Positions 33,354-40,688 of a stretch of DNA of 43,743 nucleotides are shown piece by piece. Source of the stretch: Gemmatimonadales bacterium (GTDB lineage Bacteria; Gemmatimonadota; Gemmatimonadetes; Gemmatimonadales; GWC2-71-9); contig JAUVTI010000002.1 in the NCBI GenBank assembly GCA_030601605.1, forward strand, positions 1 to 43,743, written 5' to 3'. Positions within the stretch are counted from its first letter, which is position 1, and each line of letters opens with the position of its first letter. The translations under genes and the position numbers were made by a program. Below the pieces are notes generated by a model. That model was not told the DNA's origin. It ran no database searches and saw only the letters and a list, made by a program, of their open reading frames with translations.

Positions 33354-34428
33354 CGGTGTCGGTCACCTCGATAGCGGGCTTCGCCGCGTCGGTTATCTCC
33401 CCTATCACTGCGGCCGCTGGAGTGCGGCCGGCCTCGAGTGCGCCGAGCAGCCCATCGAGTCCCTCCGGCGCCACCGCGATGAGGAGGCCCCCCGAGGTCT
33501 GCGCGTCGCATAGCAAGGTGCGCGTGGCGCTGTCCACTCCCGACTGCCACTCGGTGTACTCGCCCGCCTCCGCGAGGTTACGTTCGGTGCCGCCGGGCAC
33601 GGATCCGGCCGCCGCCCGTTCGGCTGCGAGCGGGAACAGGGGGACGGCGCGAGAGAAGACCCGGGCTCCCACGCCGCTCGCGGCGATCAGCGTGTGGAGG
33701 TGGCCCATGAGGCCGAACCCCGTGACGTCGGTAGCGGCGTGCACGGCGTCGCCCGCATCGCGCATCGCGGCCATCCCGCCGGCGTTCAGCGTGGCCATGG
33801 AGCGAATGGCCGGTTCCATCTCCTGCTCGGTGACCGCTCCCTGCTTGAGCGCGGTGCTCAGGATACCCGTTCCGATCGGCTTTGTCAGCACGAGGCGGTC
33901 TCCGGGCCGAGCGCCGACGTTGGTGATCACGCGGTCCGGGTGGACCTCGCCGATCGCGACCATCCCGAACTTGGGCTCCCTGTCGTCGATCGAGTGGCCC
34001 CCGAGCACGAACGCACCGGCCTCCTTCACCTTGTCCACACCGCCGCGCACCGTCTCGCCCAGCAGCTCCAACATCGCCTCGTCGCGGGGCCACGCCACCA
34101 GGTTGAGCACGAACAGGGGCGTCGCGCCCATCGCGTAGAGATCGCTCAGGGCGTTGGCGGCGGCGATGGCGCCGAAGCTGTACGCGTCGTCCACGATGGG
34201 CGTGAAGAAGTCCACCGTCGCCACGATCGCGCGGCCCTCCGATGCCTGGAAGACCGCCGCATCGTCGCGGCTCAACGCGGCCACCAGGACGCGCGAATCC
34301 TCGACTGGGGGCAGGTGACGCAGGACCTGCGCCAGCTCAGACGAGCTGAGCTTGCAGGCTCAACCGGCGCCGTGTGACAGCGTCGTGAGCCGGATGCGCG
34401 GTCGCTTGTCGCGCGGGGCCTCAGACAT
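33346..34428 (-). CDS. selD: Selenide, water dikinase (selenophosphate synthetase), selenocysteine-containing form; in-frame TGA at 34362-34360 read as Sec
   Basis: The track ORF (33346..34284) begins after the TGA. Reading on from the ATG at 34428 (SD AGGAG 5 nt upstream) gives MSEAPRDKRPRIRLTTLSHGAG-TGA-ACKLSSSELAQVLRHLPPVEDSRVLVAALSRDDAAVF. This aligns with E. coli SelD ([21 protein letters not shown]), placing the TGA at the Cys17 position. The body carries DDAYSFGAIAAANALSDLYAMGA. Confidence 0.9.
34334..34352 (-). other. SECIS-like hairpin immediately downstream of the selD UGA
   Basis: The minus-strand RNA reads UGA GCC UGC AAGCUCAG-CUCGU-CUGAGCU GG. That is a perfect 7-bp stem (extendable to 9 with one mismatch) starting 9 nt after the UGA, the position expected for a bacterial SECIS. 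Confidence 0.6.
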
Positions 34429-34449
34429 TCGTGCTCCTGTTCAAGTCGC

Positions 34450-34455
34450 TATAAT
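34450..34455 (+). promoter_or_regulatory. Perfect TATAAT -10 hexamer 7 nt upstream of the ATG at 34463 (candidate leaderless promoter)
   Basis: The sequence is gcTATAATacgcgccATG. There is no Shine-Dalgarno between the hexamer and the ATG. Only a weak -35 (TTCGTG, 16-nt spacer) lies upstream. Confidence 0.35.
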
Positions 34456-34462
34456 ACGCGCC

Positions 34463-35155
34463 ATGTGGATCGCATACGCTACTGCCTTAGCGCTCGGGAT
34501 CGCACACGCGCTCGAGGTCGATCATATGGTGGCGGTGAGCGCCTTCATCGGCAACCGCCCCAACTTGCGTTCGGCAGTCTCCTTCGGCGTGCTCTGGGGC
34601 CTGGGGCATTCGCTCGTAGTCCTGCTCGTGGGCGGCGCTCTCATCCTTTCGGGCATCTCCGTGCCCCAGTCCGTGACTGGATGGGCCGAGCTCGGAGTCG
34701 GTGTGATGCTCGTGCTCCTCGGCGTCTGGGCGGCCTTGGCCTCCCGCCGCCTTCATGTGCACGCGCCGCACGACCACGGGGGGCACGCTCACCTGCACAC
34801 GCATGCCCCGAAGCAACATCCCCACAGCCACGGGCACCGCGATCCAGCACGGCGACACAGGCACCTCTCGACCATCGTCGGGGCGATCCACGGCCTCGCC
34901 GGGACGGCTCCCGTAGTGGCCCTCGTTCCCGTGACCCTCATGCCCACCAAGTGGGGAGCGCTCGGCTACCTCGCCGCGTTCGGGCTCGGCACGGTGCTCG
35001 CCATGGGAACCTACTCGGCTCTCGCCGCCGTGGCCGCCGCGCGCGCCGCTTCCTCGGCCACCATGGCGCGCGCCGTCGCCGTCGGGACGGCCGCCGCGAG
35101 CCTGGCGATCGGGGCGTGGTGGATCGTCCGGGCAATGGGCGACCTCACCGGGTAG
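34463..35155 (+). CDS. NiCoT-like nickel/cobalt transporter with a His-rich loop
   Basis: MWIAYATALALGIAHALEVDHMV contains the HX4DH signature. LWGLGHSLVV resembles the LGHSxVV motif. Central loop HVHAPHDHGGHAHLHTHAPKQHPHSHGH. About 6 TM helices. The upstream part of the track ORF (34352-34462) overlaps selD and is rejected. Confidence 0.6.
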   Translation: MWIAYATALALGIAHALEVDHMVAVSAFIGNRPNLRSAVSFGVLWGLGHSLVVLLVGGALILSGISVPQSVTGWAELGVGVMLVLLGVWAALASRRLHVHAPHDHGGHAHLHTHAPKQHPHSHGHRDPARRHRHLSTIVGAIHGLAGTAPVVALVPVTLMPTKWGALGYLAAFGLGTVLAMGTYSALAAVAAARAASSATMARAVAVGTAAASLAIGAWWIVRAMGDLTG

Positions 35156-35248
35156 ATCCGCCCACCGGCTGCCGCAGCTATCAGTTTACAGCAACCGACG
35201 ATCGGACAACTGCCGTCCACGACCGAGCTCCGTTCCACTGTCGCTCGA

Positions 35249-36925
35249 TCACTCCCCGATCCAACCCGGTCCTCTGAGCCCGCGGCCGGGCCTTTCACGG
35301 GTCAGTTCGCCCTCATCGAGGACGACCTTCCCGTTCACCACGACCCACTTCATGCCCTCCGAGTACTGGTGCGGATCCTGGAATGTGGCGCGGTCCATGA
35401 TGGTCGCCGCGTCGAACACGACGATGTCGGCGGCCAGGCCGGGGCGCAGGATGCCGCGCTCGAACAGTCCGGCTCGCTGGGCGGGCTGCGATGTCATCTT
35501 GCGGATCGCCTGCTCCAGCGAGAGTATCCCGCGCTCGCGCACGTAACGCCCCAGGATGCGCGGGAAGCTGCCGTACACTCTGGGGTGGACCTTGTCCTCC
35601 GAGAGTATGCCATCGGTGGCCACCGCCCCGAAGTCGGTGCAGAAGCTGACCCACCAGTGTCCGATGGCGGACCGGACGTCCCACTCGTTCATGCTGAAGT
35701 AGATCGCGCCCGTGTGCCCGTTGTCCTTGATGATGAGGTCGAACGCCGCGTCGAGCGGGTCCACGCCCCACTCCACTGCGATCTCGGCGATCGTCTTGCC
35801 CTCCAGGTACTTGAGTGAGTCGGCCATCACGCCGGCGACCAGAACCCCGCTCGCTCCGCCGGCGCCGCGGAAGAAGCTCTCGACCCCTCCGGGCGGGTTG
35901 AGGATGTCCGCCCGGATGCGCTGGCGCTGGTCCGGATCCTCGAGCCGCTCGATCATCGCCGAGTCGCCCCCCTCGTGCGCCCACTGGGGAATGCTCGCAT
36001 CCAGGGATGTCGCCGAGGCGGGGTAGGGGTATACGTCGGCGGTGATGTCGATCCCGGCGGCGCGCGCGGAGTCGAGCTTGGCCAGGATGCGCGGCATGGT
36101 GCCGTGGCTCTCCTGTCCGGCACGCTTGAGGTGCCATATCTCCACCGGGATGTCGGCTGCCTCCGCGATCTCGAGCGCCTCGTTGATCGCCTCGTCCATG
36201 CGCACGCCTTCGTCCCGCAGGTGTGTGGCGTAGAAACCGCCGTGCCGGCTCGCTGCCCGGGCCAGCGCGATGAGCTCGTCGGTCGAGGCATAGTAGGCAG
36301 GGGCGTAGACGAGCGACGTCGAGACTCCAAGTGCACCCTGCATCATCGCTGAATCCACCAGCGCCACCATGCGGTCGAGCTCCTCGGGAGTTGGGTCGCG
36401 GTCCTCGCTCCCGAGCACCACCATCCGCACCTGCGTGGCGCCAACGAGCGACGCCAGGTTGATGGCCGAGCCGGATGCTTCGAGCCGGTCGAAGTAGCCG
36501 TCGAAATCGTACCAGTCGACCGTGATTCCCAGGGACGCGTGGTACTCGGCGTCGTCGGCGATGGTGGCGTCGGTCTGCGGCGCCACCGACGAGCCCTCAC
36601 CCGTGACCTCGGTCGTGATGCCTTGGTAGATCTTGCTCGCGGCGCGGCCGTCGGCCAGCGCCTTGAGCTCGGACCACCCGAGCATGTCGATGAAGCCCGG
36701 GGCCACGATGAGGCCGCTGGCATCTATGGTTCGGCGAGCGCGAACGTCGCCCAGCCGTCCCACCGCGACGATCCGGTCGTCCCGCACGGCTACGTCGCCC
36801 CGGTAGCGCGGGTTGCCGGTCCCGTCCACGATCCATCCCCCGCGTATGACGAGGTCGTATCTGTCAGCGCCGCCTGCGCACGCTGCCAGAGTGAGTGCGG
36901 CAACGAGCGCGATCGCTATCCTCAT
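35249..36925 (-). CDS. N-acyl-D-amino-acid deacylase (D-aminoacylase)-family amidohydrolase, lipoprotein
   Basis: ATG at 36925 (1-nt overlap with the upstream stop, TGATG) gives MRIAIALVAALTLAAC. YDLVIRGGWIVDGTGNPRYRGDVAVRDDRIVAVG...APGFID is typical of the family. YATHLRDEG and the C-terminal AADIVVFD...VVVNGKVV are also present. Confidence 0.75.
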   Translation of the reverse strand: MRIAIALVAALTLAACAGGADRYDLVIRGGWIVDGTGNPRYRGDVAVRDDRIVAVGRLGDVRARRTIDASGLIVAPGFIDMLGWSELKALADGRAASKIYQGITTEVTGEGSSVAPQTDATIADDAEYHASLGITVDWYDFDGYFDRLEASGSAINLASLVGATQVRMVVLGSEDRDPTPEELDRMVALVDSAMMQGALGVSTSLVYAPAYYASTDELIALARAASRHGGFYATHLRDEGVRMDEAINEALEIAEAADIPVEIWHLKRAGQESHGTMPRILAKLDSARAAGIDITADVYPYPASATSLDASIPQWAHEGGDSAMIERLEDPDQRQRIRADILNPPGGVESFFRGAGGASGVLVAGVMADSLKYLEGKTIAEIAVEWGVDPLDAAFDLIIKDNGHTGAIYFSMNEWDVRSAIGHWWVSFCTDFGAVATDGILSEDKVHPRVYGSFPRILGRYVRERGILSLEQAIRKMTSQPAQRAGLFERGILRPGLAADIVVFDAATIMDRATFQDPHQYSEGMKWVVVNGKVVLDEGELTRERPGRGLRGPGWIGE

Positions 36926-38313
36926 CACTGCCACCCTTCCTGGAAGTCCTCGGGCAGGTAGGCCGTTCCACGCAGAACGACCCGGTTGATCCGCTGCGTG
37001 TTCTGGATGTCCTCCAGCGGGTTCGCGTCCAGCACGACGAAGTCGGCCACGGCCCCGGCCCGAATCACGCCGATCGAGTCGGCCTCCAGGAGATGCGCCA
37101 CGTTGCGGGTCGCGGCGAGCAGCGCGTCACGCGGCAGGAGACCGGCGCGCACCAGCATGGCCATCTCGTCGTGCAGGCTCGCTCCCGGCGCGAGGAGCTG
37201 GTTGGGGCTGTCGCTCCCGGCGGCGACGGTGCCGCCTGCTCGGTGGTACATCCGGACAAACCTGTTCTGCGCAGACCGCGAGCGTCGGAAAGCCCGGAAG
37301 TCGGCCGTGGTGATTCCGGCGCGCCGCACCAGGCCGGGAACGTTCCAGGCCTCCTGGATCGAGTCGGGCACGCCCGACAGGTCGAGCCGCTCGGTGTAGC
37401 GGGAATCCAGCAGGTGCGCCCAGGTCTCGTGCAGAATCAGGGTGGGCACGATTCGCACGCTCAACTCGATCAGCTGGTGCGCGATGCGGTCGGATGTGGC
37501 GGAGTCCAGCTCGGACCAGCTGCGCTCCACGAGGTTCCAGCCGCGGAAGAAGCTGTTGTGAGCGGCATAGTATCGCCCTGGGTTGCTGGAAGCGGCCTCG
37601 ACCACTCCGGTCATGTGTTCGAGCGTCTTCACGCCGAAACGTGCCGCCGTCACCGCGTCCACCTTGCCGAGGTGTCCGGTCACCGGGAGGAGGAGCTCCC
37701 GTGCCTCGTCCATCAGGGGACGCAGCAGCCGGCGGGTGATCTTGGTGTAGATCTTGGCCTGCGTGGCCCCGAGCAGAGTGAGCTGGTCGATGGCCCGCCT
37801 GGCTTCGGTGGGGGAGCTGACCGACGTAGCCGTTTCCCGTGTTGGGGAGGGCCCGTCGATCACCGCGCCCGAGACATACATCCGCGGCCCCAGTATCCCG
37901 CCCAGCAGTACCTGGTCGCGCAGGTTCATGACCGTCTGCTGGTCGCCACCCACGTCGCGGATGCTCGTCACGCCGTAGGCCACGTACCGGCTCAGGGTCC
38001 AGGCTTCGGCGTGCGTATGGGCATCGATCAGTCCGGGGATCACCCACTTGCCGTCGAGCCGAATCTCGGTGGCGCCACGCGGGATCGGCACCTGGTCGGG
38101 CGTGCCGATCGCCTCGATGTGTCCGTCCATGCTCACCAGGATCACGGCGTCCAACAGCAGCGGCGCCCCTGTTCCGTCGAAGACCTCGGCGCCGATATAA
38201 GCGGTCTTTCCCTCGCCCGGGCTGCAGGCGGGTGCCGCGACCAGCGCGCACAGGACCAGCCACCTGAGCAACCGGGAACCGGGAACGGGGAACGGGGAAC
38301 GGTGGGGACGCAC
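36925..38313 (-). CDS. Amidohydrolase-family metallohydrolase (imidazolonepropionase/prolidase-like), secreted or lipoprotein
   Basis: LLRWLVLCALVAAPAC lipobox-like signal; canonical PGLIDAHTHAE metal motif; C-terminal GAVADFVVLDANPL. I prefer the GTG start at 38313 (GGAAGGA upstream), which avoids overlap with the upstream gene. The ORF extends to 38382. Confidence 0.7.
   Translation of the reverse strand: MRPHRSPFPVPGSRLLRWLVLCALVAAPACSPGEGKTAYIGAEVFDGTGAPLLLDAVILVSMDGHIEAIGTPDQVPIPRGATEIRLDGKWVIPGLIDAHTHAEAWTLSRYVAYGVTSIRDVGGDQQTVMNLRDQVLLGGILGPRMYVSGAVIDGPSPTRETATSVSSPTEARRAIDQLTLLGATQAKIYTKITRRLLRPLMDEARELLLPVTGHLGKVDAVTAARFGVKTLEHMTGVVEAASSNPGRYYAAHNSFFRGWNLVERSWSELDSATSDRIAHQLIELSVRIVPTLILHETWAHLLDSRYTERLDLSGVPDSIQEAWNVPGLVRRAGITTADFRAFRRSRSAQNRFVRMYHRAGGTVAAGSDSPNQLLAPGASLHDEMAMLVRAGLLPRDALLAATRNVAHLLEADSIGVIRAGAVADFVVLDANPLEDIQNTQRINRVVLRGTAYLPEDFQEGWQ
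38273..38300. repeat. Tandem heptanucleotide repeat, 4 copies (CGGGAAC CGGGAAC GGGGAAC GGGGAAC)
   Basis: Read directly from the sequence. It lies 13-40 nt inside the preferred start of the amidohydrolase gene and encodes RSPFPVPGS. Confidence 0.85.
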
Positions 38314-38356
38314 AGCGGTGCAATCCTTCCCCTTTCCCCCTTCTCTCTTCCCCGCG

Positions 38357-38797
38357 TCAGCCATCACTTCCCGTCTGATCATGAATGATCTTCCACTCGC
38401 CCTCGATGCGCTTCATCACGAGCGTGAACGGACCGCTCGCCGTCACCGAGTCGCTGCGGAATAGCACGAAGCGGGCGGTCGTCAGGAGATAGTCGCTCCC
38501 CAGGGACCGCGCCGCGACCTCCTCGAACCGCAGGGAGTCGCGCTCCGACCCGAGGTCCCACCAGCGCGCGTAGTTGTCATGGATCCAGTCCCATCCGTAT
38601 TGTACCTGGCCGCCGGCCACGAAGGTGGTCGTGGAGTCCCTTGCGTAGTCGTCCACGAACGCCTCGAGATCGCCCCGGTTCCATGCCTCGGATGAGGCGC
38701 TGAGAACCGCCACTGCTGTGGCTGTCGGGTTGGCTGGAGGGATTTCCTGAGCGCTGCAGGCGGCGAGGACGCCTATTGCAACAACCCATCGCTTCAT
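38357..38797 (-). CDS. SnoaL/NTF2-like (DUF4440-type) lipoprotein
   Basis: ATG at 38797 gives MKRWVVAIGVLAAC, a lipobox. WNRGDLEAFVDDYA...FTLVMKRIEGEWKIIHDQT is typical of the NTF2-like fold. Confidence 0.55.
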   Translation of the reverse strand: MKRWVVAIGVLAACSAQEIPPANPTATAVAVLSASSEAWNRGDLEAFVDDYARDSTTTFVAGGQVQYGWDWIHDNYARWWDLGSERDSLRFEEVAARSLGSDYLLTTARFVLFRSDSVTASGPFTLVMKRIEGEWKIIHDQTGSDG

Positions 38798-38832
38798 GTT
38801 ATGTCGCTCCTGGCCGGAGTGAGTCGAACGTA

Positions 38833-38866
38833 GCCGCCACGCAGGGGAATGCAAGGGCGTGGCGGC
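38833..38866. promoter_or_regulatory. Perfect 10-bp inverted repeat in the divergent intergenic region upstream of the GH15 gene
   Basis: GCCGCCACGC (38833-38842), a 14-nt loop, then GCGTGGCGGC (38857-38866), followed by GTTTC. It ends 20 nt before the ATG at 38886. Confidence 0.4.
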
Positions 38867-38885
38867 GTTTCACGAAGAGCACTCG

Positions 38886-40688
38886 ATGCCCTATCTCGAC
38901 ATTGCCGACTACGGTGTGATCGGTGACCTGAGAACGGTCGCGCTCGTCGGCGTGGACGGCTCGATCGACTGGTGCTGCTTTCCGCGGTTCGACGGCCCCA
39001 GCCTGTTCGGAGCGATCCTCGACGATGTGCGTGGAGGGCGCTTCCGGGTGGGGGTGAAGGGTGCGCCCCGAGGAAACCAGCGCTACATGCCGGGCACCGG
39101 CGTGCTGCAGACGGAGTTCACCACGCCCGGCGGGAGCGCCATGGTGATGGACTTCATGCCCGTTTCGGTGGGGGGTGCCGCACCGCACCGGCCGCTGGAG
39201 ATTCACCGGCACGTGACCTGCACCGGCGGCGCCGTCGAGGTCGAGGTAGAGCTCCAGCCGGGGTTCGACTACGGGGCCTCGCGGCCCCTGGTCTACCGGC
39301 GGCGCCACGGGGTGCTCGCGACCGATGGGATCGACGAGGCGGTGGCGCTGGCGACCTCCGCAAACTGCGACTGGAGGATCGAGGGCGGCTCGGCGCTCGC
39401 CACGTGCGCGCTCCGCGAGGGCGAGTCGTTTGCCTTCGTGCTGCGCTACGACGACGACGACGTCCGCCCCGTCGAGCACTACCTGACCGAGGACGCCCTT
39501 GCCGATACGGTGGCCTTCTGGCGCGGCTGGGTGGCCCGGCTGCGCTACGCCGGTCCCTACCGGGACCACGTCGTGCGCTCGGCGATAACGCTGAAGCTGA
39601 TGTGCTACGCCCGCACGGGTGCGATCGTCGCCGCGCCCACCACCTCGCTGCCCGAGGTGCTCGGGGGGGAGCGCAACTGGGACTACCGCTTCACCTGGCT
39701 GCGCGACACCTGCTTCACGCTGCACGCGTTCTACGTGCTGGGGCAACACGAGGAAGCCGATCACTTCATGCAGTTCGTCAAGCGGGTATGCCGCACCAAG
39801 GGGCGACCGCACCTGCAGATCATGTACGGGATCGACGGGCGACGCGACCTGTCGGAGATCGAGTTGGGGCACCTGGAGGGTTACCGCGGCTCCAGGCCGG
39901 TGCGGATCGGAAACGGCGCCGCCGATCAGCTGCAGTTGGACGTCTACGGAGAAGTGTTGGAGACGGCCTACATTTGGGCGCAGCATTACGAGATGACCGA
40001 GGGCACGTGGCACGCGCTGCATGACCTGGTCGACTGGGTCTCGTACAATTGGCGCCGCAAGGACTCGGGCATCTGGGAGGTACGCCACGAGCTGAGCCAC
40101 AACGTTCTCAGCAAGGTGATGTGCTGGGTTGCGCTCGACCGCGGGGTGAGGCTCGCCGAGCGATGCGGCCTGGAAGGCGATGTGGCTCGGTGGCGCAGCG
40201 AGGCCGACGCCTGCCGGGCCGAGATCATCAAGAACGGCTACAACGAGGAGATGGGCGCGTTCGTCGCCTCGTTCGGGAGCAGGGAGCTCGACGCATCTGC
40301 TCTCGTCATACCGATGGTCAACTTCCTCCACCGCAGCGATCCGAGAGTGCGGAGCACGGTGCGAGCGATTGCTCGCGACCTCACCACTCCCGACGGCACG
40401 ATGGTGTACCGCTACCGCTCAGAGGACGGGCTCGACGGCACCGAGGGGTCGTTCTCGATCTGCACTTTCTGGCTCGCTCAGGCGCTGGCGATGATCGGGG
40501 ACTACGAGGCGGGGGTGCGCATCTTCGAACAGATGCTCAGCCGCGCCAATCACGTGGGGCTCTACTCAGAGGAGATCGACCCGGCCACCGGCGAGTTCCT
40601 AGGCAACTTCCCGCAGGGGCTGACTCACATCGCCCTGATCAACTGCGCCCACGTGTTGGCGCGGCTGGATCCTAGCGCTTCTTCTTGA
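38886..40688 (+). CDS. Glycoside hydrolase family 15 (glucoamylase/trehalase-like)
   Basis: MPYLDIADYGVIGDLRTVALVGVDGSIDWCCFPRFD is a GH15 N-domain start. Catalytic-domain motifs NWDYRFTWLRDTCFTL, SGIWEVR and FWLAQALA are present. Confidence 0.85.
   Translation: MPYLDIADYGVIGDLRTVALVGVDGSIDWCCFPRFDGPSLFGAILDDVRGGRFRVGVKGAPRGNQRYMPGTGVLQTEFTTPGGSAMVMDFMPVSVGGAAPHRPLEIHRHVTCTGGAVEVEVELQPGFDYGASRPLVYRRRHGVLATDGIDEAVALATSANCDWRIEGGSALATCALREGESFAFVLRYDDDDVRPVEHYLTEDALADTVAFWRGWVARLRYAGPYRDHVVRSAITLKLMCYARTGAIVAAPTTSLPEVLGGERNWDYRFTWLRDTCFTLHAFYVLGQHEEADHFMQFVKRVCRTKGRPHLQIMYGIDGRRDLSEIELGHLEGYRGSRPVRIGNGAADQLQLDVYGEVLETAYIWAQHYEMTEGTWHALHDLVDWVSYNWRRKDSGIWEVRHELSHNVLSKVMCWVALDRGVRLAERCGLEGDVARWRSEADACRAEIIKNGYNEEMGAFVASFGSRELDASALVIPMVNFLHRSDPRVRSTVRAIARDLTTPDGTMVYRYRSEDGLDGTEGSFSICTFWLAQALAMIGDYEAGVRIFEQMLSRANHVGLYSEEIDPATGEFLGNFPQGLTHIALINCAHVLARLDPSASS

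Noticed and set aside
33346-34284. selD as listed in the track (312 aa starting at MAALSRDD)
   Set aside because: That start would delete the catalytic Gly-rich loop. The frame continues upstream through one TGA to a start with a good Shine-Dalgarno, so I replaced it with the Sec-containing model 33346..34428.
34352-34462. Upstream extension of the Ni/Co transporter ORF (track start 34352)
   Set aside because: It overlaps the selD N-terminal coding region on the other strand. The first TM helix with the HX4DH signature begins right at the ATG at 34463.
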